Origin: Azolla caroliniana
Lineage: Eukaryota; Plantae; Polypodiophyta
DNA length: 64,000 bases
Reading direction: 5' to 3'
Assembly: GCA_043228905.1 (NCBI GenBank)
Contig: JBHGNT010000004.1
Coordinates: 3,720,001-3,784,000, forward strand
Positions 36,941 through 51,139 of the stretch are shown in pieces. Within the stretch, counting starts at the first letter, position 1; the number at the start of each line of letters is the position of its first letter. The notes under the pieces were generated by a model. It was not told where the DNA came from and made no database searches. It saw only the letters and a program-made list of their open reading frames with translations. A program made the position numbers and the translations under genes.

Positions 36941-39900
36941 TAGACAGAGATAAAAGACTTTATATTACATTAACCAAAATACTTCCAACAGTAACTAAGT
37001 TACAAGGGGTTGGTTTAAATACCAACTAAACTAGGGTAGGTGCCCTTTCTACTATTTACAAAACTAGCCCGGTATAACCATGAGCCAGTGTGAAACCTAT
37101 ACTATGGGAAGTTGAGTTCGACTCTCAACACGCCCCTTCGAACACAACTTCCATCTGTCGAAAAGTTGTTTCGGTTCGGTCTTCAGAATTTGGCTTCTGG
37201 CGTTCGTAATCCTTGAATTGGATTGTTCGGCTTTTCGGCTTCTTGCTTGGTTTGATGAACTACATGTTGCATACTCATGTATCATTGCATGTTGCGTACT
37301 CGATCAATTGCGTATAGCTTGCAATACTCCTCATCAAGCTCGGCAATGTGGATGTCGTGAGACCAAGGTCCGATGCAAATTGCCTGAGCTTGTCGGCTCC
37401 TAAGGCCTTCGTAAAAATATTAGCAACCTGGAGGTGCGTACTGATATGTTGTAGATCGATTTCTCCGGCCTACACGCGCTCACGGATGAAGTGGTATTGC
37501 ACTTCGATGTGTTTAGTCCGCGCGTGGAAGACGGGGTTCCGAGCGAGGTAGATGTTGCTCATGTTGTCGCAAAAGAGGCGATTGGATTCGTAATGGGAAT
37601 GCCCAGATCCTTTAGTATGCGCTTGAGCCATACGGCTTCACATGCGGCGACTATCACGTCGCTTTATTCAGCTTCCGTGCTCGACAGTGCGACTATCGGC
37701 TGCTTCTTACTGCTCCAGGAGATCGCTCCGTTGCCGAGGAAGAAGATGAATCCGGATGTGGATCGTCTATCCGCTTTGTAGCCTGCCTAGTCCTTCCGGT
37801 ATCCCATATCGCATCATCGCCACCTTGTAGTCACATAGACAACGTGACACATCCTTTCCGTTGAATTGCCCGTTTCTTTGCACAAGCCACTCTACTGTCG
37901 ATTTGATCTCTGACATCAAGCGTTGTTCTTGTAGTATGTGATTGAGCATCATCGTCATCATGGTCATCGCCTCTTGTTGATTCTCTATCTCCTTGCCACC
38001 CATCTTCACATTGGGTTCACCAACTGTGTCGTGCCTTTTGGCGTCGGATCGTTACGTGAGTCGGGTGGGAACCGCCGGGGTTTTGGACTAGGAGGAAGAA
38101 TTTGAGACGAGTTTAGTCATGAATATGAATCCATTATAAGAAAGAGAGATTGAAACTTGTGAATCCCAGAAGTATATTGTACTATATTAATCAATATTAA
38201 GATAAGAATATTAATTTAGATTGAAAGAGAAAGAAAAAAAAACCTCGTGAATCCCACGAGTATAGTTTATTTCGTGAATCCCACGAATATAATTTATTAG
38301 TTGGTGTTTTTTAGAAATATATCCAATTTCCAAAGTTTTCACACACCCCTTATTACATTATGCTCCCCATCCTATATAGTGATGAGAGAGTCTTAGCAAT
38401 CCATGTTTTTTTCTCAATCTATAGACTATATGCTTTCTCTAACATGCCTTTTCTAACCTCATGCGTTTTTTATCGACTATAGTGTTTATGCAAGCTAGAT
38501 GTGCATGTGTAGCTTTTTTCTATCATGTGTTTTTCTTCTAAGTAAAGCTTTTTTCCTAGAAAATATGTGTGAAGTAACCTTTCTATGTGAGATATCTGCT
38601 TTTCTAACACTCATGATGTGTTAGTGTAATGGTAAGGCTTCAAATTATTAACATGAAGATACAAGGTTTGAATCTTGCCCTATGCATGTAATATATATTT
38701 TGATATTTCTTTCTTTTTCTTCATATTTATTGAATCGGTTATTTTATACGTTTTTCATGTAGTGTACGAAATACACTACGACAGTGTTGCTTTCTGAACT
38801 GGCACACTTCGCATACGCTCGTCGTCTCCTTCGTGGTAAAATTCGGGAGTCCAATTACGACTCCTTTCGATTGCATGGTCTGGAGTTTTTGGAGATTGAT
38901 GTGGCCAATTCTCTTGTGCCACAGATTTATGTCGGTTTCGACTTTAAGGCCATTTGCGAACATGGCTAACTTTAGCTCGTTCGATTCGAGGATAAACATA
39001 TGGCCTTCTCTTCAATTGTGGGCTACGACTTGTTCGCCCCTTTCGATGAAGCACCCATCATCGTTGAATCGTACCTGCATTCCTTGTTCAACAATCTGGC
39101 CGACCGAGACCAGGTTTTTCGTGATGGTAGGGACATGTAATACGTTCTTGAGATAGGTTTGTTTGTCTTTGTTTCTGAATGGGACGTTCCCGATATGTTG
39201 TATTGGATGAGTCGTGTCATCACCTGTCTCGACATATCTGGGTTGTTCGGGTTTTCGCAATTCCCGAAACCAATCTTCATGAGACGTCATGTGGTTAGAT
39301 GCTCCTGAGTCAACAAACCATACGTTATTTGAGGCAGAGGTGCTAGTTGAGACTCATGCTAACATCGAGTGTGCTTCGTGCCTCATTACGAACATTCCAC
39401 CACGGTCGTCGTACTCAGAATTTGTGGCGTAATTTGTGAACATTCCGCTACGATCATCGTAGTCGGAATTCTATGCGTGATTTGTGAACATTTCGCTGCG
39501 ATTGTCGTAATCAGAGTTCAATGCGTAGTTCGTGAGCTATCGGCTAGTTGACGCCGAGTCTCGTACCTTTTTCCGGCACTCCTCTTCATAGTGGCCATGT
39601 TTTCCACAGTACCTGCATTCGATCGGGTTGTTACGATTGCTTGGTCCGGCGTGCTGACTCCCCCTTCTGCCGAACTCTCTGGGACCGTTCTTGTCTGCTT
39701 GCCATTGGTGGAAGTTATGCTCTTGAGTCTGCCGGCCATTACGACCTTGTTCGAGTCGACCTCTATTTCCACGGCCGAAATTTCTTCTATCATCTGATTG
39801 GGAGTAGAGCATATGACCCTCTGGTGCATTGCTCCTTTGTCGGACGTGATTTTCCTCAACCAACAATATTGATTGGAGATCGAAAAATGGAAGGTTCTCC

Positions 39901-40554
39901 CTTGCAAGGATGGCCGATCTAATCGAGCCAAATCGAGGTGCTAAACCGCCAAGGCATATTTGCACTATCTCATCATCATCGATTACAACATTAATCCAAC
40001 CGAGGGCATTGCATAGCTCCTTGATCTTTAAGGTATAGTCGGTGATCGACATGTCCCTCTGTTGCATGTTGTTTAGCTCCTATCGAAGTTGGAGCTTTCG
40101 TGCAACCGTGTTGGCCGCAAAAATCTTCTTGAGATTTCCCCAAGCTTCTTTCGGTGTTTTCGAATCTCGAATGTAGCCAAGCATATGATCATGAACGCAT
40201 GATGCAAGGCAATACAACACACGGCTTATGGCCTGCTCCCAAGCGGGATAGTCGGCGTGTGTTGGGTTGGGTTGAGTTTCGTGATCTCCTTCAATGTAGC
40301 TCCAATAACCTTGTCCGACAAGGTATTGATGCATCTTGTATTCCCAACATGCAAAGTTCGTTCTGTCAAGCTTCTCGATAGGAAGAGCGCTTCCCATCGG
40401 AGTGTTCATTATGTCGATTTCTTCTCTATTGATGAGTCGGTTCTGTTGATCGTCGGCGTGTACCACAACACAGTTGAATAGATTCGATTAAGCAACCACA
40501 CACTTTGATACCATGTAAAGAAATGAGGAGCAAGAGTGGTTGAGATCCAGTGGA

Positions 40555-40629
<75 letters not shown>

Positions 40630-40635
40630 TAAGGC

Positions 40636-40679
<44 letters not shown>

Positions 40680-40870
40680 TAGACAGAGATAAAAGACTTT
40701 ATATTACATTAACCAAAATACTTCCAACATTAACTAAGTTACAAGGGGTTGGTTTAAATACCAACTAAACTAGGGCTGGTGCCCTTTCTACTATTTACAA
40801 AACTAGCTTGGTATAACCATGAGCTAGTGTGAAACCTATTACTATGGGAAGTTGAGTTTGACTCTCAACA
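36815..40870 (-). mobile_element. Element G: Ty1/copia related to F and inserted in F; most of INT and RT deleted
   Basis: LTRs 36815-37130 and 40514-40870; TSD CTCTA; PBS TGGTATCAAAG 40503-40513. gag 39537-40466; RNase H remnant ~37320-37790. Confidence 0.93.
37790..38783 (-). mobile_element. Element H: truncated Trp-primed gypsy (5' LTR, PBS, gag start) inside G
   Basis: LTR 38027-38783 (TGTCG..CGACA); PBS TGGTGAACCCAATGTGAA 38005-38022; gag start ..NGQFNGKDVSRCL.. fused to the G RNase H. Confidence 0.88.
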
Positions 40871-43432
40871 CTCTATGTCGGCGTCGGCTTTATGGCCCTT
40901 GGCCAACATTGCCGATTTCATCTCGTGAGAATCGAGGATGAATATTTGGCCTTCTCTTCGTCTTCAAGCGATAATTCGGCCTTCCTTTTCGATGAAGCAT
41001 CCTCCATCATTGAACCCAACTTGCATGCCTCGTTTCACAATCTGGCCGACCAAGACCAGATTCTTCGTTATTGTTGGAACATGCAAGATATTCTTGATGT
41101 AGTTTTGGTTACCCTCTTCATCGAATGGGACATTATCAACATGTTGAATGGGGTGAATTGTGTCATCCCTCGTTTCCACATAGATGGGTACATTTGGGCT
41201 TTCCTAGTTCTCGAAACCAATCTACATGAGACGTCATGTGATTGGATGCATCCGAATCGACAAACCATACATTTTCTGAGTTGGAGGTGCTTGTCGGGCA
41301 CGATGTTGTCACCGATTTCGCTCTATGCCTCATCATGAACATTCCGCCACGATCATCATAGTCGAAATTTGAGGCGTAGTTGGTGAGTTGTTCGCTTGTG
41401 AAGGCCAACTCACTCTTCTTGTTCCGACACTCTGCCTCGTAATGGCCAAATTTGCCACAATATCCACATTGGACGGAATTGTTTTGTTGGCTTGGTCCTG
41501 CATGATTGATCTCCCTTCTTCCAGACATTCCACCTCGCATGGTTGCAGCGTCTTGCTAGTAGTAGAAATTTTGTTCGTAGGGTTGTTCCTGGTTGTGTCG
41601 GCGTTGACCGAATCGGGCTCTTCTTCCACGACTTTGTCCCCTCCCTCCATTCGAGTTCGAATAGAGCATGTGTCCTTCCTGCGCATTGCTCCTCTATCGG
41701 ACATGATTTTCTTCGATCGATAGCATAAACTAGAGATCAAAGAAGGAGGGAGAATTCTCCCTTGTGAGGACGACCGACCTTATTGAGCCGAACTGGGGTG
41801 CTAGACCACCGAGGCATATCTGCACCATTTCATCATCGTCAATGTTGACATTGATCGACCCAAGGGAGTCGCACAACTCCTTGATCTTCAAGGTGTAGTT
41901 GTCGATTGGCATATCCCTCTGTTGGATACTGTTCAACTCTTGTCAAAGTTGAAGTTTTCATGCGGTTGTGTTCGCCGTGAATATCTTTTTTAGGTTCCCC
42001 CACGCCTCCTTCGGCGTTTTGGTCTCTTGGATGTGGTCGTGCATGTGATCATGAATGTGTGATGTAAGGTAGTATAGCACGCGACTCGTCGCTTCTTCCC
42101 AAGCTAGGTGGTCGGCATGTGCCGAGTTGGGTTAATTTTCTTGTGCTCCCTCGATGTAAGCCCAATGGCCTTGGCTGACAAGGTATTAGTGCATCTTGTA
42201 TTCCCAAGATGCGAAATTGTTTCTGTCGAGTTTCTCGGTGGGAAGAGCGCTTCCTATCTGAGTATTCATGTTGATCGATTTGTATGGAGCGAGTTTCCTT
42301 CTTCTTCTTCTCTTGATATGAGTTGTGCAGGTTGTTGCTACAGCGATTGGTTGGTTCTTCGTGAATGTGGGCTTAGACACAACACACACGGATGAAATTG
42401 GATCAAGCTACCAAGTGCTCTGATACTATGTAAAGAATCGAGAGTGATTCTATGTATGTGTGTGTGTGTGTGTGTGTAATCAAGAGAGAGAGAGAGAGAG
42501 AGAGAGAGAAGTGAAAAAATTAGGTTTCGAACCCAAGATGTAGTGCTTGTAGTGTTAACAATTTACCACTAGGGTAAGCTAATTACGAGAGAGAGAGAGA
42601 GAGAGAGAACACATAGTAATACAAAAAAACAGAAAACTGTATTAAGAAGAGAATAAGATAACAAACAATTACAAAGAGGAGAAGAAGGTGCTTATATAGT
42701 TACCTTCTCTCACTACAACCACCACTTGCAAAAGAGGTGGAGACTTAACTATCTACTAAATATGTGTCATAGAACCTTAAAGTTCTATGACACACTAGTT
42801 ACTATACTAAGAGGTTGGGTGTTCACACACTTGAGTATACTAAGGTGTGTTCCCACACTAGGGAAGTTGAGTTTAATTCTCAACAAACACAATATCATAG
42901 GACTCATGATTGATTTGACAACTTTTTGTCTAATTTGAACTACCAAACTTGTGATTTCCAATATGTAAATTTGTTTGCAATTTGAATGCATATCCAATCT
43001 AGGATTTTCACAATAGGTACATTCCAACAAATAGGATACCCGAAATGGTGACAAATTTATCATACAATGTTGCTCTACCATCCTTCAGTTCAATCAAGAT
43101 CATCTTGATTTCTCTTTGTATGTGAGATGAAAAAATGATTTATGAATATTAATGCTCAATCTTAAAGTTGTAGGAAAGAATTCCCTCACTTGCATAGCCT
43201 TCGTAATGTTTTCTCACAAGACTCCCAAAAACATAAGTGATAATCTACTAACACTTGCACAATGCATGATTTGCCCAACAATGAGGAAAGTCTTACCAAC
43301 TCATGAAAATGAGAAAATGACATATGGTGAAATTTGAAATAAGTTTTGTTAGGCTTTGTTCAATCGTAGGAATCTAGAGAGTACGGTTTAAATATTAATG
43401 TAACCTCCCAAAAATAAGGGTTTTAAAACATA

Positions 43433-43908
43433 TGTTGAGATATCAAGCTCAACTAGGTTTAGTTAATTAATCAACCATGTAACTTAGTAGTTACATAATT
43501 AAAATCCAGTTAAAAGTGTTCACCTTAAAGTAGTAAATAGGATTTTGCACTTAAGTGGGGATACATTCTAGATCTTCCACTACCAAGTTCATTACATATA
43601 TAGGACTTACATCCTTGTACCTATATTCTACTCACACATGTGCACCCTTGCACATGAGATGTATATATACCTCATTGTGGGTATCTTGTTTTTTTATGCT
43701 TATTGATATAGAGAAAAGTCTTTAGCTACACTCTTGTTAATCATCCCCCATCTTGTCTTATTGTTCATAAGTGTTCTTTTTCTCTTCCTCTCATACTCAC
43801 ACATACACACACATCACATAATCTTCCACTGTTTAATCACATACGTGATCAACTACTTACATAATTAGACACTAATAAACCCTTAGTTAATTACCTAATT
43901 ATTTAACA
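43433..43908 (+). mobile_element. Solo LTR, copia type
   Basis: TGTTGAGA..TTTAACA with 5-bp TSD ACATA; the start resembles the F/G LTR 5' end. Confidence 0.75.
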
Positions 43909-44549
43909 ACATATAAGAAATTTAGGTATTAACTAAAAAGAGGGGGAAAAATCCAATCAAACATCAACGAAAAGTAAAGCAATTTTTACATTTACTAATT
44001 TGCTAAATGACAAGGAAAATAATAACTATATGCCAGAAAAACAATAATAGAAATTAAATACTCGATTAATATTGAATAATCAACCAAATGCTTGTAGACA
44101 CCATCAAGTCCTTAATTGTTGCACCAAATGTTAAGTAATATGTTAATTGTACATGTGCTTAATCACTCACTAATTATTACTTTGTTGCATTGTTATCAAG
44201 TGTCATATGAAGTATGAACCACTTGACGGCGAGTCAAGTAAGATAGAGTATGGATCTCTCTCTAGTACATCAATGAATTAGTTGTTTTACCTAGGTGAAA
44301 TGTCTAATCTTTTCCTCATTCGCACTATCACCACCAATATAAATAAATAAGTGGAATCAAGACTTAATCCATTTAGCTATTCGTTAATCACATATTTCGC
44401 TAATGAAAAACAAGAAATCGAGAATGTCTAGCATGATCAAATGGCTAAGCCAACCACACTTTTACATTAGAGTAGACATTATGCAACTAAGATGAATGTT
44501 AAATTCTTAATTAGCTTGAAATTAAGAAGATGTTCAAGGTTTAAAATGA

Positions 44550-45180
44550 ATGAGAGAGGGAGAGGGCCACCATGGATATCCAATTGGGGTGGAAGTTTCT
44601 CATGTGAAACTTGTTGATTGGGTATCCAAAAGGTTGAAGGATAAGTTTATGCATTGGAGGCTTCAATATTGTCCTTTTCATGTACGGCTTAAGTTGGTCC
44701 AATCGATTATGGTCATTATGGTGTCTTATTATCTTCCTTTGCTATCAATTTAGTGTGGATGTCTCTAAATAGAGTAAGCCTATTGTCCTTCAGTGGGGTT
44801 TTTGCACATATGGATAACAATAAATGCTTTATTTCCAAATTACTTTTGAAATTTTGAGGTATTGGGGCTTATGGTTCAATTGGAATATGCAGACTACCTT
44901 CATTTCTTATTCGCAAGTTGGGGTGAGAAAATATATTGTAAAGTTAAAAGGACTTCTTTTGTGGCAATTGACAATGCTAGCGAAGTCAAGAAATCTTAGC
45001 CATGAAGAGAGAGAACTTTGCAAGGTCACATATCATCATATTCGCCATTTGAATTGGTATGTAGGGTGGCATTGGAGTTTGTAGTCATAGTATTTAGCTC
45101 CCTAGAAGGGTTCTATACTTTGTAGTAAGTTAGTCAAGGTGGTGTTTTTTTCTTTTGTAATGAAAGCCATTATTTACACA
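44550..45180 (+). mobile_element. Degenerate L1-like LINE ORF2 fragment
   Basis: GYPIG..RLKDKFMHWRLQYCPFHVRLKLVQSIM resembles the post-RT region of plant L1; ends in a CA/AG microsatellite. Confidence 0.6.
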
Positions 45181-45191
45181 CATGCACACAC

Positions 45192-45240
<49 letters not shown>

Positions 45241-45695
45241 CCTTTTGTGGTGAGCTGATAGGATATATATTCCATCAACTATGATTCAACTTTCATAATT
45301 AATACATTGCATTATATGAGAGAAAAGGAGTTCTAAAGCGAATAGTGAAGCAAGAAGTAAAAGGTTTAAAATTTTACCTTTATTATACTTCTTTACATTT
45401 AGGCTTGTTACATGTGTCCCTCTCTCTAGAGCTTATTCATAAGGTTTCTCTTTCTCTTTTCCTCCTTTGCTCATTCTTCTTTGTGTGAAACTTTCCTTTG
45501 GAACCAAAGCCAATGAATGTGTCATCCGATTGTGCAAACATGAGATGAATATTTTCTTTATAGACTTGAAGTAACTATATATATATATATATAAGTCCAT
45601 GCATGCAAATTTGTCAACGCAACAAGTAAACAAGAGTGTAAAAAGAAAATTGAATAAGATAAGAAAGTGCTACCAAGGTTGTTGGTGATAGTAAT

Positions 45696-48250
45696 TCATC
45701 CATGCATGAGTCGAAGCCTTCTGACAGAACTTATGAACATCCTATAATATTTTGAATGCAAAATGCAAGCGATGAATTTTTTAGATTTTTGGTTGAATTT
45801 ACCAACATTAACATATGATAAATCACGTACCCCCATGGAACATCTCCAATAAGCATCCAATCTCCATCTTTATCTTCATAGATCAATTGAAATTCAGAGC
45901 TTTTCACGAAATGATTAGCATTGTCACAACACACTGTACATTACGAATATAAAGCAACGTCATCATATGTAATGTTGTAAGGTTCCTTAGATACTTAGTA
46001 TTGTTGAAATCATATATCACGATTCACATGTGGGAAAGAACCCCACCTTTCTCTCATCTTTCTTGACAATTTTGAATATCATAAACTCATGTAGACAAGC
46101 TGGAATGTGAGAAATTTGGTAGTATGATTGGAAAATGTGACATCATTGTTCTCATGCATTCAATGTAATATTGTATCAATCATGCATGTATAGAGAGTTT
46201 AGGAGGTCAATGTGTGGTCAAATGCAAGTTTAACTTCTTCTTTTTTTCCTTTTTTATTTCAACTGTTACATGAAAGGGTACAAATTACAATCATATAAAG
46301 GTGGCAGAGTATTTATGGGTTGAATCGAAATGGGAATGTTTTATAGTGTTCTAGTGTTATGGATCATATTAATGATGAGCAAAAGAATAATCCATCCCCA
46401 AAGAGAAGGACATGAGACAAAGATAAAATACCAATGGTGTCCTATACCACTAAATATCACCTTATGTTATACCTTGGATGTTAAATAACATATTGGAAGA
46501 AGAGAGTTTGGCCTCACCAATAGAGTCTTGATAACATCCTCTCAAGATGTGTTTGTGAAGGGGATAGCTAATCCCCTTTATATAGCTCAAAATCTAAGGC
46601 TCCTAGACCATTGTGTGTTCGATGTGTCATAGGTTTATATGGGTTTGTCCCCAACCCTAGGATAATTAATTTATGGTTCATGGGGACCTAGATGTGGGTA
46701 TGCTATCGCTATACATGAATGCCACATTGATATGCGAGGAGTATATATTGCATGCATACTGGTAGGAAAAAGTTATATTTGATGGTACTTAGGAGGTTGT
46801 TTCATATTCCCCATTACAATATGAGGGTACTTAAGATAGTTATGAATTGGTGTAGTGATTCCCAACTTCACATTGTCATTTTGTGAGGTGTTGCCTTTCT
46901 ATTAGGTTTGACAAAGTGGCATGTTATAGAAAGAATTGAATCATTTTTAGACATTTCATTCGCATGTTATAAGCATGATGGCATGAGTTTTCAAATTATA
47001 AGTGTTCGCATGTGAGGCTTGGATACATCCTAGTAGTTTATGTGCCATTTTTCCATGTAGAAAAGAGCCCAATTCTTTCATGTTTTCGGCACAAAAAGTG
47101 TTAAACAATAGGAGATTCTCGATGTGATTAGAGGTTCTACATAACTAACTAAAGCTAAGTGTTGGTGGTATCACAAGAGATTTTGGACATTATTTTCCCA
47201 TGTGTGTGGAGGTCCATTTTCTCACATATTTCCAACAATGTTGAAATGATGAGTTACTTTATGGGTTTTGGGAAAACCTTGCTGCTCACCGCCACACTTG
47301 GCTATAGTATATGATTGTGGCTGTACCTCGGACCAAAGAAGCTCATAATGTTAGGTGTGCTAAGCATACATCATGATCAGGTAAAAATGTCAAAAACAAG
47401 TGCTTGCTGGATGACATTACGTACGGTCACTACGATTCAAATATCCTTAACTTACTTGTGTGAGTCGGATTATGGAACATATACTCAAGCGCGGTTAGAA
47501 GGTCTTTGTAAGAGGTGTATGCGCGCACGTCGAGTTTGCGGCCAAACGGGACACCGTCCATGTTCACCTTCACATAACGCGTACGACCAATGTCAAGTCC
47601 ATTGGCAACGGCATGATGGGCAGCATGGTCTTCTGGTCCGGCCATGTGGACACGAGGTCTCGTCGTCGTCGTCGTCGGGGTTCTTGTACACGAAGAAGAG
47701 ATGGTAGTATTCCTTCGATGGGAAGGTAGGGGAGGCCATCCGACCACAAAATGGCCCCTAGATCAGAAAATTCAACCAGAACTTTTTGAGCTTCCAATGA
47801 TATGTAGCAATCCATGTACATAACAGTGATGATGCATTGGTTATGGCATGAATTTCTGGTTCAGTAACTGGAGAAGAATTTAGGGATGATGAGGCCGACT
47901 TACCTAGGGTTTTGATCAACATTTCGTGTGTTAATCCTTGACATGCTGCAGGGAAGATGAGTCCATGCTTCCATGGACCTTAATGCAGGACCTGGCTTAG
48001 GATTCTCCATTAATCTAGCGGAGACCTGAATATCCTTACTAGGGTTAGCTGTGGAGCCTAACCCTAACCTGAGATCGGTTATTATGTGATCATCCGGCTC
48101 ATGATCGATTATGCTACTAAATGCAGGATGCGGAGAAGAATCAGGGTTCATGTGATTAGCTGCAGGATGGGTGGATTGAAGATCATCAAGGCCTAGAATG
48201 AAATCATGCTCTTCTAATACAGAGCGACGCAGATTGATCTTGCTGGGCAT
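45696..48250 (-). CDS. IAA: Aux/IAA auxin-responsive transcriptional repressor (4 coding exons)
   Basis: Exons 48250-47904, 47757-47456, 45933-45831, 45741-45696; all introns GT-AG and in phase. EAR motif DLRLGL, degron VVGWPP, PB1 [13 protein letters not shown] and [16 protein letters not shown]. Start uncertain: the frame is open to ~48328 and acceptor-like sites lie at ~48323-48339. Confidence 0.93.
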
Positions 48251-48578
48251 GGAAGCAACAGAATGAGGCAAAGTGGGGGGGGGGGGGGGGGAGGGGCAAT
48301 CTCTGTTGGTGAATCTGTTTGTCTGCACAAGAAAGATCTGCAGAAAATAAAAAAGGACTCAGGAATCACAGGACTCCCCCGACATTATTGGAGACTTCTT
48401 GTATCCAAGCTTCTTCATACGGGCGTATATTATACACACCGTATATTTATATATTTTTATACGGTGTGTGTATGTATTCTACGCCATGGTGTAACTCCAA
48501 TCAAGTGAGGTCCATAAAATGTATGGTTTTCTCGACGTGTGTCGGACAAATGGATCAATATGTATTGTCAAACATCGG

Positions 48579-49016
48579 TAACAATCGGCAACGGTTTGAA
48601 CCGAACCGAACCGCAAAGCCGCGGCTTAATGGTTAAAACGGTCCGTTCTGGTTTAGGTTTAGGTTTTTTTTTAACGGTTCGGTTCGGTTTCAACACTCAG
48701 AAACCGCAGTTACAACGGTTTAACGGTTTTTTATTTTTTTTTTAACTTTTTATTTTTTTTTTAATTTAATTGTTTTTAAACAATCTTTTCATTTTTAGAC
48801 CTTATTCTCACATTAAAGGAACATCTTTAAATTTAAAAAAATTTAAAATTTGACCTAAGTTGAAAACCGAACCACAAAACCACGGTTTTTAATGGTTTAA
48901 CGGTTTGAAAAATTTTAACGGTTTCGTGGTTCAGTTCGGTTCGGTTCAAGTTTCAAAATTTTAAAACGGTTCGGTTTTGACCCTCTCAAACTGAACCGAA
49001 CTGTTGCTGATTGTTA
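48579..49016. mobile_element. hAT-family MITE
   Basis: TIRs TAACAATCGGCAACGGTT / AACTGTTGCTGATTGTTA; 8-bp TSD AACATCGG/AACATCTG; AACCG subterminal repeats. Confidence 0.9.
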
Positions 49017-49528
49017 AACATCTGGATTTTTTAGACAATGAATAGAAAAAAGGGTACCTTTAATCTATACGAGAGACGGACATATAATGAAGCTTTAAAC
49101 TTGCCCTCAAAAATATGTAGGACATATAGAGTTGACTCTTTGTTTCAATTCAATTCGTCTCCATCTATTGTAAATAAGGTGTCTAATTGGCATTATAAAT
49201 CTCACAATAAGAAATACCTTCTTTTCGTAGGTTTTTTTAAAGTTCTTTGCGAGTTTGTTTTTTTCTTTTCTTGCTTTAGGCTTGTCATAACATTATTGAT
49301 GTATCCTTTGTGTGCTCTTGGAAGTTGGAAATGCCGACAATTATTCTTGGTAACCTAGAGGAGCTCTATTGACCTATCTCTTACAAGCCAAGAGTTTTGA
49401 GCTTCCAAACCCCATCCCCTAAAATTTTGTTTCTAACAATGTAAGCGTATGAAAGGGAATGTCTACTTGTCATGCTCAAACATTTTATCTTAAATGCATC
49501 TTATTTTTCTTCTTGTGATTATTTGTGT

Positions 49529-49875
49529 AATACAAAATTATGTGTTCTCGTAGACTTTGTGATAGCTCTTTTCATATTGCAAGGAAAAGGGGTATTATCT
49601 ACCTAAGATCTTCCTTGATTCGTGTATAATGACGTAAAAACTTTATGAGATTATCAGCTTTGCAAGTTTATTGCCTAAGAATATACAAAAGAGTGTCCAT
49701 TGAATACAAAATGATGTGTTCTCGTAGACTTTGTGATAGTTCTTTTCATATTGCAAGGAAAAGGGGTATCCTCTACCAAAGATCTTCCTTGATCAGTGTA
49801 TAATGACGTAAAAACTTTATGAGATTATCAGCTTTGCAAGTTTATTGCCTAAGAATATACAAAGTAGTGTCCATC
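49529..49875. repeat. 174-bp tandem duplication
   Basis: AATACAAAAT..GTGTCCAT at 49529 and 49703. Confidence 0.9.
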
Positions 49876-51139
49876 CATTGAATTTAATATCAGATTGTTG
49901 CCCGTGTGAAAGGATATAATAGAATTCTAGTACTATGAAAATTGAGATTGTATATAAACTCCATTTGATTTCTAACTTCCTAAGTGTAATATCTAAATCA
50001 TAAAATTCCAAGAAGGTTGGATTTCATTATGAAAGACGCATGACACAACGTTTTTCAATCTATGTATGTTACTCATACATGGACTTATGTGCTTTGATAC
50101 AACGAAATTGAAATTAACTTTGCCCCTTGTAACTTCTCTTAAATGAATATCATGGGAGTTAAATTTGCAAAAAGCCATCAAAAGCTTTGAATGGTTGACA
50201 TGATTATGGGGCAATTTCTTGTATTGAAGTTTCATCTATATGCTTTGATGTGAAATGGTTGTATTTTGAAAACCACACCTTAACACATTAAAACATGATT
50301 ATAGAATCAAGTAGCTAAGAACGTTTAGATTATTGAATTTAGATGTAGTTGAAAAAAGGTTTGCGAATGAGTGATATACTCTACTTAGATTTAATATGTA
50401 ACTTATTAGTGCATGTGCTATCATTAGTCGTTATGTCATCTTGATTCTTAACCACTTAAATAAATAGGATCGATGAGGAAACATACATGCTAGATGGGTG
50501 TTCCAATTCCAAGCCCCACTAGAATACGACTTGTTTGGAGAGGAAGACGACAACCAAAGATATGTTTGTTGTGCACTGTGTATAGTCAAGGAAGAAAATT
50601 GTGTAAGGTAGGATGTTTCTCAAAGAGGAATAGTAAACAACACATAACAAGCTAACCATACACAAATAAAAGACCTTAGACTTCCCCACAAAATATTCCC
50701 TATTAGATTCAAGATCTTATCTTATCATGTTTTGTGTATATGATATAAATGTGTGGTTTGTCGTTTAAATAGAGGTGTGTAAGGGGTTCAAAGTGATAAT
50801 TGGCTAAATGCCAAATAGTAAAGTTTGGCGAATTTTGTTGTTCATGTTAATGCAATTGCATGGAGATTATGAGCATCCACCAAGAGATTTCCTCCGATAG
50901 ATAGCTCATGATAGCCACAAGCAATACTAGTTAGTAGGAGTTAGAGTGCCCCTTTTTTACCCTGTCATCCAATCTATAACTTTTAACCATTTCTATAGCT
51001 ACTTGTACTTACCTAGCATCCTATACATAACATAGGGATCCTAGACTTCTTTGTTATTGCTCCCAAGTATTCACTAACTATTGATAGGTGAGAATAGAGA
51101 TCTATCTTGAACTATATATAAAGTCATGAGAAGTGCAAT

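Larger units (their letters stand above)
31802..42885 (-). mobile_element. Element F: degenerate Ty1/copia, 3' part lost at the CACTA-like end; hosts E and G
   Basis: 5' LTR 42429-42885; PBS TAGTATCAGAGC 42417-42428. gag KLDRNNFASWEYKMH, CGYCGKFGHYEAEC, PR WFVDSDAS, DIE|LWHKRIGH across G, integrase tail SRDVVF|DE across E. Confidence 0.88.

Noticed and set aside
46355-47146. Possible degenerate solo LTR in Aux/IAA intron 2
   Set aside because: A TG start and TATA-like motif are present, but no convincing CA end or TSD.
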